In this document: positions 11,747 to 24,608 of the stretch, piece after piece
Position numbering within the stretch: position 1 is the first letter of the stretch
How the letters are laid out: each line of letters starts with the position of its first letter
Assembly: GCF_001194135.2 (NCBI RefSeq)
Contig: NC_068988.1
Coordinates: 63,062,555-63,101,573, forward strand
Direction of reading: 5' to 3'
DNA from: Octopus bimaculoides
Lineage: Eukaryota
DNA: 39,019 bases
The notes under the pieces: generated by a model
The model's input: the letters and a program-made list of their open reading frames with translations, nothing else
Databases searched by the model: none
What the model was told of the DNA's origin: nothing
Position numbers and translations under genes: made by a program

Positions 11747-13464
11747 ACCAGTAATTCTGTTGTTACGTTTGTCCTTTATCCACATTTTCCCTCTCCCCTT
11801 CTGTTTTCATTATCTGCCTTTATTTAAATATTTGCTTGTAATTTACATATGTAAATATTTGGAGAATCTTCACAAATCATTGCATAAATTAAATACCGAA
11901 TTCTGAAAGTCATAACGTATAAGAATTAGAAATACATTATATTATATCTCAACAAACACTGTTTATATCAGTAATATTTTTGAAAAAAAAAGGCCCTACA
12001 AATAGCATTGGGTACCGAATTTCGATTAGCGTATAGCTATTTATGATTACCGTATAGCCATTTTAACTTCATTATTCGACATATTTTATCCGATGAAATA
12101 TTTGAAGAATTTTATTCCTGCATATCAGTAGGGGATTACCTCTGCATTTCATTGAGAGTGGAAAAAGTTAAAATAGCTATTCGAAATCATTAAATAATTT
12201 ATTTGCAGTCCGGGTATAGACTGAATTCCGGCATTTCCTTGATGCCATAAACAGGATGTATTCTCCTAAATGGCACCAATAAAAGACTATTATTTCTTGA
12301 TACTAGATGGAGGTAAGTGAACATTCTAAATCTGTAATGTAATGGTTTCTTATTAATTAATATATACCTACAATAATTAACGAGAATGCAGAAAAATATT
12401 TCACTTACACACATATACATATAAGATCATATATGCGTGTGTAAATTGTGTATCTGTATACGCTTGTGTGTGTGTGTGTGGGTGGGTGTGTGGGTGTGTG
12501 TGTGTGCTTGTGTGTGTAACAAATTGGTTAAACTCAAATATAAACAATTGGATTCGAAATTTTTGCACATTTATGTGCAATTTGTTCAACTATTTCTGCA
12601 TAGCCAGGTTTAGAAAATTGTCTTGAAATTCAAAAGGTCGCGCTAAAGTCCTACCACAAATAAAAAAAATTCGTCCAAAATTCTCTGCCCACATAGTGAA
12701 AGAACAGTAAGTAGCGATTTATATAAAGCTCAAACGTGAGTTATTTTTAGTAGTTAAACTTATTTACTCACTGTGCAGTTTAGTTTAAGCATTGGAGGTT
12801 AAATCCGATACTTCATTAGAGTCAGATTGAATAATCAAGCGATATTGCCGCACAATATAACGTCTATTACGATACAGAAGAAGTGACTTTAAGTAGATAG
12901 ACGAGAATTATAAGTATTTCATTCTGAATGTATCTCTCCCTATATTTAACTTTCAGTTATTTTAGCTGACTGGAAATATCTTGATATTGACATTTTCTAA
13001 ACACTGGTGGAAGACTATGGAAACTATGAACATTTCTTTTACTTTTCAATAGCCACTTCTTAATAATATTTCGTTATATTTGCAGACGATATGAGAGCCC
13101 TGGAAAAGGGCATATTTCCAAAACTAAAATTCAAAACCTTCCTGCCAAACAACAGAGACAACTGACGGATTCATATATATATGCTTACCAACAGACAAAG
13201 AGACAAACAAACAGATACACACGCACATTCAATCAAACAGCTTTTGTCTGTAGATGTCTATCAGGTGTGGGTGGTTTATCCGGAATGTGTCGGAGGTATT
13301 TATGTAGAGACTGTTATGAAATCGTTTTACATAGGAAATGTAATGAAATCGATTTCTGCCATTGTGATTTGGCATGCTGTTTATGACATCCTGGTCAATT
13401 GTAGTGAAGCTGCCGATGTTACGCGAGGGAATGACTGATATAGCTTGGTACAAGTGACTGTGCA

Positions 13465-13607
13465 ACGCAACTCATTTCTATAGCTGAGTGAAATGGAGAA
13501 ACATGAAATAAAGTGTCTTCTAAAAGAACGTAACATAGAAACCAGCCCGGGAATCGAACTTACTACGTCATGTTTGCGAGCGCAGCGCTCTCGCCACTGA
13601 AACATGC
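13465..13607 (-). mobile_element. tRNA-derived SINE, family C, 5' part
   Basis: Reverse strand reads tcagtggcgagagcg (A-box-like) ... gttcgattcccggg (B box) ... agacactttatttcatgtttctcc..cactcagcta...aatgagttg. This matches a third octopus SINE family as I recall it. Confidence 0.75.
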
Positions 13608-14167
13608 ATCTTTAACGGATAGAATATAATTTCTATGCAATTTTTCAAATTGTGATGTGGTGTGCAATAAACAATATCAGTGTTAAACAGAAGTAATGTA
13701 CGTCTTTTCAGGATGGCATCGAAAACGATTACTATTTTGAAGATTAGACGAGCAGAGGATGTTTTAGGAACGTTAGAATAGGTAGTATGAGGAGACAATG
13801 TTTGTAGTAAGTGAGCAAGACACATTTTGCCAATTAGACTTTTCACTTGGCATGTGAATACGGCATAACGTCACATATCGCACACAATCATACACACATA
13901 CCACACACAGAGTCAATATATTATCGATTTGTGCAATAATTCGGTATAATCAATCATGAGTCTATTGAAATATGTATTCGGTGTATTCATGTTATTAATT
14001 TCAGAAATTTAGCGCCGTCAGCGATGCGATTCTAACCAGGAAACATAGCGAGGCCAGAAACCCAATTCAGCGAAGTTTTCATCGCCATATCACAAGTGGA
14101 CAGACGGATCAATCCGTAAAAGTGAAAACCTGTAAAATGTGTTATTACGTCAGGCGTGTAACAGAGA

Positions 14168-14199
<32 letters not shown>

Positions 14200-15037
14200 N
14201 NNNNNNNNNNNNNNNNNNNNNNNNNNNNNNNNNNNNNNNNNNNNNNNNNNNNNNNNNNNNNNNNNNNNNNNNNNNNNNNNNNNNNNNNNNNNNNNNNNNN
14301 NNNNNNNNNNNNNNNNNNNNNNNNNNNNNNNNNNNNNNNNNNNNNNNNNNNNNNNNNNNNNNNNNNNNNNNNNNNNNNNNNNNNNNNNNNNNNNNNNNNN
14401 NNNNNNNNNNNNNNNNNNNNNNNNNNNNNNNNNNNNNNNNNNNNNNNNNNNNNNNNNNNNNNNNNNNNNNNNNNNNNNNNNNNNNNNNNNNNNNNNNNNN
14501 NNNNNNNNNNNNNNNNNNNNNNNNNNNNNNNNNNNNNNNNNNNNNNNNNNNNNNNNNNNNNNNNNNNNNNNNNNNNNNNNNNNNNNNNNNNNNNNNNNNN
14601 NNNNNNNNNNNNNNNNNNNNNNNNNNNNNNNNNNNNNNNNNNNNNNNNNNNNNNNNNNNNNNNNNNNNNNNNNNNNNNNNNNNNNNNNNNNNNNNNNNNN
14701 NNNNNNNNNNNNNNNNNNNNNNNNNNNNNNNNNNNNNNNNNNNNNNNNNNNNNNNNNNNNNNNNNNNNNNNNNNNNNNNNNNNNNNNNNNNNNNNNNNNN
14801 NNNNNNNNNNNNNNNNNNNNNNNNNNNNNNNNNNNNNNNNNNNNNNNNNNNNNNNNNNNNNNNNNNNNNNNNNNNNNNNNNNNNNNNNNNNNNNNNNNNN
14901 NNNNNNNNNNNNNNNNNNNNNNNNNNNNNNNNNNNNNNNNNNNNNNNNNNNNNNNNNNNNNNNNNNNNNNNNNNNNNNNNNNNNNNNNNNNNNNNNNNNN
15001 NNNNNNNNNNNNNNNNNNNNNNNNNNNNNNNNNNNNN

Positions 15038-15104
<67 letters not shown>

Positions 15105-15381
15105 TTGTAAAACAGCTTCGAGCCCACATATACATGCACACACATTCACTCCATCATATCATATTCAGACACACACATACACACACGCACACATAGACAT
15201 ACTCGCACATTGACACCCACACATTATACATATTCACAGGTATTCATATCAAATCAAATCAATAACCATACTCCTCTTCTTTGACAGTGCTGAACTCATA
15301 GATTTAGTATGCTACATTCACTTAGCAACTGCCGATTATTGACACTGTTATATTTGTTGCACTTCTTCTGTCGTAGCATTG

Positions 15382-15438
15382 CCGTTGTTGTTATTGCTGT
15401 TGTTATTGTTGTTGCTGTTGTTGTTGTTGTTGTTGTTA
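15382..15438. repeat. Imperfect (GTT)n microsatellite
   Basis: Directly visible. Confidence 0.85.
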
Positions 15439-18400
15439 TACTATTTTTGTTGTGTTTCTTACAGAACGAAATATCACATTTACGCAGACTATGGCAGTTG
15501 TACATTCTGTTAAATTTCGTTAGGTTATTTTTGTTCTTTTTTCGAGCCATTGATGGATGTCAATTGTAGCGAATTATCATGTACGTACAAATTGCTAAAT
15601 AAATGAGGTTGCAGCCAGAAGTCGATCATTACTTTGCTGCTGGTAGTGTTGATGATAGCTGTTCAGTTCCTGTCGGTAGTGGTTCTAATAGTGATGCACT
15701 TGCTGTGGATTTTTTTGTTGTTAACATTTGTTGTTGCGGCTGCAAAATTTCCTGGAGTTTCACATTTCAATTAACATACACTAATGTCTAGCGAACGAGA
15801 CAAATGCAACCATGCAATAAACAAATACACATATACACGCACGCATATATATATATGCAGATATATATNNNNNNNNNNNNNNNNNNNNNNNNNNNNNNNN
15901 NNNNNNNNNNNNNNNNNNNNNNNNNNNNNNNNNNNNNNNNNNNNNNNNNNNNNNNNNNNNNNNNNNNNNNNNNNNNNNNNNNNNNNNNNNNNNNNNNNNN
16001 NNNNNNNNNNNNNNNNNNNNNNNNNNNNNNNNNNNNNNNNNNNNNNNNNNNNNNNNNNNNNNNNNNNNNNNNNNNNNNNNNNNNNNNNNNNNNNNNNNNN
16101 NNNNNNNNNNNNNNNNNNNNNNNNNNNNNNNNNNNNNNNNNNNNNNNNNNNNNNNNNNNNNNNNNNNNNNNNNNNNNNNNNNNNNNNNNNNNNNNNNNNN
16201 NNNNNNNNNNNNNNNNNNNNNNNNNNNNNNNNNNNNNNNNNNNNNNNNNNNNNNNNNNNNNNNNNNNNNNNNNNNNNNNNNNNNNNNNNNNNNNNNNNNN
16301 NNNNNNNNNNNNNNNNNNNNNNNNNNNNNNNNNNNNNNNNNNNNNNNNNNNNNNNNNNNNNNNNNNNNNNNNNNNNNNNNNNNNNNNNNNNNNNNNNNNN
16401 NNNNNNNNNNNNNNNNNNNNNNNNNNNNNNNNNNNNNNNNNNNNNNNNNNNNNNNNNNNNNNNNNNNNNNNNNNNNNNNNNNNNNNNNNNNNNNNNNNNN
16501 NNNNNNNNNNNNNNNNNNNNNNNNNNNNNNNNNNNNNNNNNNNNNNNNNNNNNNNNNNNNNNNNNNNNNNNNNNNNNNNNNNNNNNNNNNNNNNNNNNNN
16601 NNNNNNNNNNNNNNNNNNNNNNNNNNNNNNNNNNNNNNNNNNNNNNNNNNNNNNNNNNNNNNNNNNNNNNNNNNNNNNNNNNNNNNNNNAAAGCTTAGCC
16701 GTTTATGAATGTGAAACACTGGAAAACCCCATAGACCGGAGACATCTATCTTTATCTATCTTTCTCTATATAAATGCGTGCTAAATAGACAGAAATTATG
16801 GTTTATATTGATTAATTTCTTATAGGCTTACACTTGTTTCAGACATGTATTTCGGTGCGTTCATAGTTCAGTCTTATAAATTAAAGAATTGATCGACTCT
16901 TTCCCTGTATTTTCAGTCAATGAATTGATCGAATCATGAAATTGTGTTTGAGTGTGTGTGATTGTGTGTGAGTGTTTGTGAGTATATGTGTGTGAGTGTG
17001 TGTGAGTGTGTGAGTGTGTGTGTTTGTGAGCGCATGTGAGTGTGTTTGTGTGTGTGTGTTTGCATAAAATAACCATCTAATCCAATATATGAATATTTAT
17101 ACTCTTTCACTTATTTTTCATATATGTCATGTTATATTTACATATCATGCATGATATTTTCTCTCGACGTATGAAATAATATATCAGATTCTAAGACAAA
17201 TACTTTATCGTTGAATTAGAATTCAATATATGAAAAGATTTACAATACATTACATACATAAAGCGTAGAATATTCAGCCCAATGAAGGATTCCTTACGCA
17301 GTTCATCAACATATGGAAATTTCTTCAAAATGGACAATTTGAATAAGATAGTCTTGAGCATAGACATGTCATTGCATACCAAATATTCACAGCTGGCATG
17401 TATTGTAAATACATCTTTTGAAATGTGCTTATCCTCGAACTGAGAAAATATGTATCAGTCTACAATAATTTATTTTCACATCTACAAAAGTCAGACGAGT
17501 TTGTAAAAATACTTTCACGTTCAGTATATGAGGCAGCACACTATTTTGACACTTGCGTCTAGAAAGCATATTATCGATTGATGATTGAAAGATCGCATCA
17601 GAAGTAATGTTACTTAAACATACATGTTGGTATCCTTAAAAAGAATTTGTTATGTATAGTAGTTTCAATGTAAAACATTAAATTGTGACAAAATAAAATA
17701 TAGAAAGAATTGGCGACTTCATGAAATTTCATGAAACTTTCAATGAAAATGTTTTAGTGTTATTTAAAACACTTAGCTTTGCAGATGTGTCCACAAATTT
17801 TACCTTTTTCCTGGAGATGATCGTACATATAGCGCAAGAACAGATGAAAAATATATAAGAATAAGACTTTCATTGAAAAGTATACAACTGTTTCATCCAA
17901 AGAAGATGGAATATTGGTGAAATGGTTGGAGAAAGAATTCTAGAAAGACTACAACACAACACAGCTTTCTGCTTTGCGAATGATTTATTGCCTTGATGGT
18001 AAAACGAATANNNNNNNNNNNNNNNNNNNNNNNNNNNNNNNNNNNNNNNNNNNNNNNNNNNNNNNNNNNNNNNNNNNNNNNNNNNNNNNNNNNNNNNNNN
18101 NNNNNNNNNNNNNNNNNNNNNNNNNNNNNNNNNNNNNNNNNNNNNNNNNNNNNNNNNNNNNNNNNNNNNNNNNNNNNNNNNNNNNNNNNNNNNNNNNNNN
18201 NNNNNNNNNNNNNNNNNNNNNNNNNNNNNNNNNNNNNNNNNNNNNNNNNNNNNNNNNNNNNNNNNNNNNNNNNNNNNNNNNNNNNNNNNNNNNNNNNNNN
18301 NNNNNNNNNNNNNNNNNNNNNNNNNNNNNNNNNNNNNNNNNNNNNNNNNNNNNNNNNNNNNNNNNNNNNNNNNNNNNATATATACACGATCAATGCCTGG

Positions 18401-18799
18401 AAAATAAATTAATGAATTCCACACGTCAAGAAATATTTATTTGAAGAAGTTCACTATGAAATTAGAACGCCAGTGTTGAAAGCTATTTAATACATCATGA
18501 TTAGAGAATTAAAAATATTACAGAAAAATCAAGCCTAAGGCATTGACTGTTCATTTTTTGTTTATTAATAAATATAACTTCTGTTTTGTAAATCTGATTA
18601 CAATGTACGTTTGGAGTACTTTATTTTTTTTTATTTTTCAACGATAATCGAAATTATTTTTAGAAATATAATGAGCAAAATAGCTTTTTCAATCTTACAC
18701 TCCTGCGTAGACTCACGCACACACAAGCACGTAACATCTACCCATATACGCGCACGTATATTTATGTATATGTATGTATGTATTTATGTATAAATGTGT

Positions 18800-18908
18800 G
18801 GCGGAGACATGGCTGCGTGGTAAGAAGTTTGCTATCCAGCCACAGAGTCCTGGGTTCACTTCCACTTTTGCAGGATGGTAACCCAAAAACTGAAACAAGT
18901 AAATGATA
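18800..18908 (+). mobile_element. tRNA-derived SINE, family A, head joined directly to tail (internal deletion)
   Basis: Head atggctgcgtggtaagaagtttgct..ctgggttcacttcc (A and B boxes) is followed almost immediately by a tail-like caggatgg...actgaaacaagtaaa. Compare the full copy at 31801-32233. Confidence 0.7.
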
Positions 18909-18960
18909 TATTTTTATTGCTTTCAAACATTTGCGCACATTTAGCAATTACATGGCTGGG

Positions 18961-19050
18961 GTTATTTCGACAACATCGACCTTATATATTTATGTTATCG
19001 ACCCCCAAAAGCTAAAAAGGCAGAGACACCCTTCGTCACATTTGAACTAT
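18961..19050 (-). mobile_element. SINE family B core fragment
   Basis: ttatcgacccccaaaagctaaaaaggcagagacacc...atttgaact is a diverged reverse complement of the B box plus core seen at 11382-11430. Confidence 0.7.
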
Positions 19051-19777
19051 TCTCTTTATAACATTCTTTCTTATGATCTGGCCATTAAGAAAGAACGGTA
19101 ATTCATAATCAACATAGCTATTTTCTCTTTTCTGTATGTTTTTTTTTATTCATGTATTTTGTATTTTGCCGTTGATGGTATTTTGCTTGTCACTACATCT
19201 ATGATTTTAGTTCGTCTGTAAACAGCTGGAAATGACACATCAATATGTGTNNNNNNNNNNNNNNNNNNNNNNNNNNNNNNNNNNNNNNNNNNNNNNNNNN
19301 NNNNNNNNNNNNNNNNNNNNNNNNNNNNNNNNNNNNNNNNNNNNNNNNNNNNNNNNNNNNNNNNNNNNNNNNNNNNNNNNNNNNNNNNNNNNNNNNNNNN
19401 NNNNNNNNNNNNNNNNNNNNNNNNNNNNNNNNNNNNNNNNNNNNNNNNNNNNNNNNNNNNNNNNNNNNNNNNNNNNNNNNNNNNNNNNNNNNNNNNNNNN
19501 NNNNNNNNNNNNNNNNNNNNNNNNNNNNNNNNNNNNNNNNNNNNNNNNNNNNNNNNNNNNNNNNNNNNNNNNNNNNNNNNNNNNNNNNNNNNNNNNNNNN
19601 NNNNNNNNNNNNNNNNNNNNNNNNNNNNNNNNNNNNNNNNNNNNNNNNNNNNNNNNNNNNNNNNNNNNNNNNNNNNNNNNNNNNNNNNNNNNNNNNNNNN
19701 NNNNNNNNNNNNNNNNNNNNNNNNNNNNNNNNNNNNNNNNNNNNNNNNNNNNNNNNNNNNNNNNNNNNNNNNNNNNN

Positions 19778-19809
<32 letters not shown>

Positions 19810-20444
19810 ACACACACCCACTCATATATATATATATATATATATTCTGAGTGTTATTGTGTTAATGAATGCGGGAATACTCGCCGTGCATATACACATA
19901 GAGATAATACTGATCAAATCATGTAGGCAATTACATTTTAGCTGTAGGGTGAAGGTTCGAACAAATTTGTGTAGTAGATTAAATGATACTAATAGTCATC
20001 TGATTCCTTGGAGGATACAAATGGCTGTTAGTTAGCAATTAGGCGAATATATTGTATTCGTATTAGCTTGAGATTTTACGAGACTAGTTATATGTTTTAT
20101 TTCTTTTGCATTGACATTGGATGGAGTGTTGTCTGCGTGTTTGTCCATTCGGTCGGTCAGTAGCGCAGCAAGACTTATCGTAAGTTAAGAAGCGTGTCGT
20201 GAGGGAATTCGTAAAATTCCTTATCGTATTGGATAAGGGTTGCTTGCTTAATTAAACTTACATAGCAAGAATTATGTCGTCTAATGCCATCACATACACA
20301 CTTACACTCTCATATATGGAGGTTCATATACACAACTGAACGTAAATGTACACACACGCGTCCGAGCTAACATATAAATATACGCAATGATATACCAAGA
20401 TATACAAGCATATATCTATATACACACACATATATACTGAGAAA

Positions 20445-20550
20445 GAGACAGACAGACAGATAGACAGACAGATAGACAGACAGATAGACAGACAGATAGA
20501 CAGACAGATAGATAGATTGATAGATAGATACATCTATATATATAGAGAGA
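20445..20550. repeat. (GACA)/(GATA) tetranucleotide microsatellite
   Basis: Directly visible, including an 8-nt TAGACAGA higher-order alternation. Confidence 0.9.
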
Positions 20551-21499
20551 GATGCAAGTAGTTGTATATATAAAAATGCATAAAAATGCATATATCTGTA
20601 TATATGTGTATGTATATATGAATACTTATATAGAGGTCTATATGTATAAATATATATATATNNNNNNNNNNNNNNNNNNNNNNNNNNNNNNNNNNNNNNN
20701 NNNNNNNNNNNNNNNNNNNNNNNNNNNNNNNNNNNNNNNNNNNNNNNNNNNNNNNNNNNNNNNNNNNNNNNNNNNNNNNNNNNNNNNNNNNNNNNNNNNN
20801 NNNNNNNNNNNNNNNNNNNNNNNNNNNNNNNNNNNNNNNNNNNNNNNNNNNNNNNNNNNNNNNNNNNNNNNNNNNNNNNNNNNNNNNNNNNNNNNNNNNN
20901 NNNNNNNNNNNNNNNNNNNNNNNNNNNNNNNNNNNNNNNNNNNNNNNNNNNNNNNNNNNNNNNNNNNNNNNNNNNNNNNNNNNNNNNNNNNNNNNNNNNN
21001 NNNNNNNNNNNNNNNNNNNNNNNNNNNNNNNNNNNNNNNNNNNNNNNNNNNNNNNNNNNNNNNNNNNNNNNNNNNNNNNNNNNNNNNNNNNNNNNNNNNN
21101 NNNNNNNNNNNNNNNNNNNNNNNNNNNNNNNNNNNNNNNNNNNNNNNNNNNNNNNNNNNNNNNNNNNNNNNNNNNNNNNNNNNNNNNNNNNNNNNNNNNN
21201 NNNNNNNNNNNNNNNNNNNNNNNNNNNNNNNNNNNNNNNNNNNNNNNNNNNNNNNNNNNNNNNNNNNNNNNNNNNNNNNNNNNNNNNNNNNNNNNNNNNN
21301 NNNNNNNNNNNNNNNNNNNNNNNNNNNNNNNNNNNNNNNNNNNNNNNNNNNNNNNNNNNNNNNNNNNNNNNNNNNNNNNNNNNNNNNNNNNNNNNNNNNN
21401 NNNNNNNNNNNNNNNNNNNNNNNNNNNNNNNNNNNNNNNNNNNNNNNNNNNNNNNNNNNNNNNNNNNNNNNNNNNNNNNNNNNNNNNNATATATATATA

Positions 21500-22136
21500 C
21501 TGGGTGCGGTAAATTGCCTAAATTGCTCAAAAATGAATATATCTTTGCCATCTGATTTTAATATATATATTTACGAAACTTACATTAAAACTTACAATAA
21601 AATCGCCATTGACTATATGTGATGTTGTCGCAGAAATTGTCTAACAGCTATGACTGGGTTCTCCAGCTTACGTGGCATGGGGCAGAGTCCTGTTGGCAGA
21701 CCTAATTTCTTACACCTGCAAGTCTCTTGACCCACAGCAGTACTACCTCATCCAGGCACTTGATGTCAACCTCCTTGTTGAGTCTGAGATAGTGTGGGAA
21801 GATGACTAGAGGCATAACGTCGGCATCACTAGTGATCACTACAAACACCATGACGTTGACTGGATGTGTGATTTTTATCAATCTTCTCCGTACATGTCCT
21901 CAGACTGAAACCCCAAAACTCTGAAATATTCGTAATAAACTTTCCCCGAATGCCATGCAGCACAGCATGCCGTTTCTAAATTCCTATCAGGGTCAATTGT
22001 GTCATGGTGCTGTTTTTTCTCACAGAGGGTACCCAACAGACCCTACTACACCGTGTTATCGACAAATCGAAAACAATACATGCGTATGCGAGAAATTTAA
22101 AGTATACAATGGTAACAGTTTACCCATCGCACCCTG
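21500..22136 (-). mobile_element. Internally deleted Tc1/mariner DNA transposon (637 bp) with both TIRs and TA flanks
   Basis: Left end TA|CTGGGTGCGGTAAATTG; right end reverse complement TA|CAGGGTGCGATGGGTAAACTG. The minus strand encodes an N-terminal-like fragment KRHAVLHGIRGKFITNISEFWGFSLRT (21975-21895). In another frame it encodes KITHPVNVMVFVVITSDADVMPLVIFPHYLRLNKEVDIKCLDEVVLLWVKRLAGVRN*VCQQDSAPCHVSWRTQS*LLDNFCDNITYSQW, containing the QQDSAPCH motif of the second catalytic Asp. Confidence 0.9.
21603..21875 (-). pseudogene. Tc1/mariner transposase catalytic-domain fragment (pseudogene)
   Basis: QQDSAPCH at 21695-21672 is in frame with K at 21875-21873. In-frame stops at 21704-21702 and 21650-21648. 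No first or third catalytic residue retained. Confidence 0.88.
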
Positions 22137-22209
22137 TATATGTAGATGTGTGTATATNNNNNNNNNNNNNNNNNNNNNNNNNNNNNNNNNNNNNNNNNNN
22201 NNNNNNNNN

Positions 22210-22270
<61 letters not shown>

Positions 22271-22330
22271 CGGACAGACAGACAGACAGAGACAGACAGC
22301 GACAGGGACAGACAGCGACAGAGACAGACA
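22210..22330. repeat. (TA)n plus (GACA)n microsatellite
   Basis: Directly visible. Confidence 0.9.
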
Positions 22331-22456
22331 GCGATAGAAAAAACAGGCAATGCGCTGCGTTGTGGCACTGTACGTGAAATCACACGCCTGCAAAGGAAGC
22401 TTCTTAGCCATTCAAATATCCCTGCATTTATTAAAGAAATAATAATTATTGATATT

Positions 22457-22460
<4 letters not shown>

Positions 22461-22501
<41 letters not shown>

Positions 22502-22510
22502 GTATGTGTG

Positions 22511-22542
<32 letters not shown>

Positions 22543-22555
22543 TGCGTGTGTGTTT
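22461..22555. repeat. (TG)n/(TGCG)n microsatellite
   Basis: Directly visible. Confidence 0.9.
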
Positions 22556-22584
22556 GTGTCTGTATCTGAGCCTTCCACCCAGTT

Positions 22585-22722
22585 ATCGTCTATCAAATTC
22601 TGTTACAAGTTATTGCTTAGCCCGGAGCTACCGTAGAAAATAATTGCTAAAACGGCTGCAGAGTGTGATGGAATCCGAAACCAAGTGTTTGCAAAGCGAT
22701 GTTCGTAACCACACAGCGATGC
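22585..22722 (-). mobile_element. SINE family A-related, diverged 5' part
   Basis: gtctatcaaattc..acaag...gcccggagcta..gtagaa....gaatccgaaacc..gtgtttgcaaagcg...taaccacacagc aligns by eye to 32092-32222. Confidence 0.7.
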
Positions 22723-24482
22723 ATTTTTTTTATACATAATTTTATAATATTGAACACCTCATTGATTGTCTAAAACAAATCTAATTAATTTGGGGGTGCT
22801 GGATACTAATATGTAAAAAAAATTGGGCGGGGTATGGCAGTAGCCTGTATTGTTCTCAAATTTTAATGAATGTAATTGAGATTGAATATTTTAAGCACGG
22901 TTGAATTACAAATATTGAAGACGAACATTAATGATATCAATCGCACCAGTCTAGTCCAGTTTGTGAAGGACATATGCACTGTGCCTTCCAACATATCCAT
23001 CAAATTTTAAAAACATGATTATAAAAGCAAACAGAAACGCTATTAGGAATATCGATTTCGCTACGAGTCTAATGATAGAAATCCCTTTATATTCTTTGGA
23101 GACTTACACTGTTGTTTGATTGTGTTCTGTTTATAAAACAGTTGTTGTTTAGATTAACTCCCCTTGTGTGCCGAGGGCCACAATATTTGGGGGAAATATG
23201 TTAGTATACCAACGTAAAGCCTTTCTACTGCCTTAGATCGTCACTCAAATTACTGCGTTCAAATTTAGTAGTATTGTACTTGATCTTTCATCCTTTCATT
23301 TCTGTGGACTTCGTAAAACATGCAGGAAGAACAACACACTAGAGGCAATTCAGTAAGATATATTGAACGACTTCAATGATTAGCCGTTTGAGATTAGAAG
23401 TCAAATCGTGAAAAAAAAATCAATATTGTACACATCAAGAAAGGGACAACATAGCAGAAATGTTATAATGCCGGGCTAAATACATTTCTATGTTCAAATT
23501 CTTCATCCTGCTTCGTATAATGGAAGCAAGAAAACAATGTTTGAAAAAATTTTGTTAGCACTCAACATTTTTTTATTCTGTATTCTTCACCTTTTTCAAA
23601 AGATGATAAAAAAAAATTAACTTCAACAATAAATCTCATTGAAACTTTATATTGGCACAGACGAAAATCTGTGGAGACAAAACAAACAAAACGAACTCAA
23701 CTAAAAATGAATGACGAAAACTATCTGACATTTTGATTGTCATTGTGTTTTTATTTTCATTTCTCATTTCATATTTGTTCGCAGTATTTACCACCACAAT
23801 TTTTGTATGTTAAATATGTTATAAGTTCAATACAAACTTGTTAACATCTACTATAGAAAAGGTTAGTATTTCATATTACGCTAACGATCGATTATTGTGT
23901 TTTTTTATTTACGATCTTGATTGTTTTTTTTTTCTTATTTTTAACACATATAACCTACTTCCTGTGTAGTTGATGTTTTCCATTTATATATATTTTCAAA
24001 TCATAACCAGAAAATGAAATAAAGAATTCAAACTCTTTTATGTAACATTTTGCTGTGCCAACAACAATGACACAATAGAAAAAAACATAAGTATATGCTT
24101 ATACTGTCACGATCACCAACCAGTTCTAATAAAACAAACTTAATAGGAAGCGCCTGATCATTCACTCGCTCTGCTAGAAACTGCAGCATTCTAGTTTTCT
24201 ATAACTCAGACCTTCGGTTTCTTTTCAACTGAATTCATTTGATCTCTGTAAAACAGATTTAAACACGTATTTAGTCACATGTGACTGTCATCAGTGATGA
24301 TCTGAATATAAACGCGAACGGTGAATTCTTGTATCCTTTGTTTTTTACTTGTCTCATGCTGGAGCAAACCCTTGAAATGCTTAGTGAAATATATCGGTGT
24401 CAATATATATTTTTTAAATATCGGGGAGGAACAAAAACTCAGACACAATATGCATATATAAGGGGATCCCACACAATTTCGC

Positions 24483-24608
24483 TCTACTATATTCACCAAC
24501 AAGGTATAGTTGGGTCCGGGCTTATAGTCGAAAACATTTACCGAAGATGTAGCGTAGTGGGACTGAACTTGAAACCATCCAGTTGCAAAGGGAGCTTCTT
24601 AACCACAT
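24483..24608 (-). mobile_element. SINE family A-related, 5' part
   Basis: caacaagg...ccgggcttatagtcgaaaacatt...gtagtgggactgaac..gaaacca....ttgcaaagggagcttcttaaccaca aligns by eye to 32092-32220; B box ggactgaac. Confidence 0.8.

Noticed and set aside
17718-17735. Perfect 18-bp palindrome ttcatgaaatttcatgaa
   Set aside because: AT-rich and short, probably inside an old repeat; no support for function.
24273-24297. Minus-strand CTGATGA followed by a 14-bp palindrome (agtcacatgtgact), resembling a hammerhead stem II
   Set aside because: The GAAA core is absent (TAAA instead) and there are no stems I or III; not a hammerhead.
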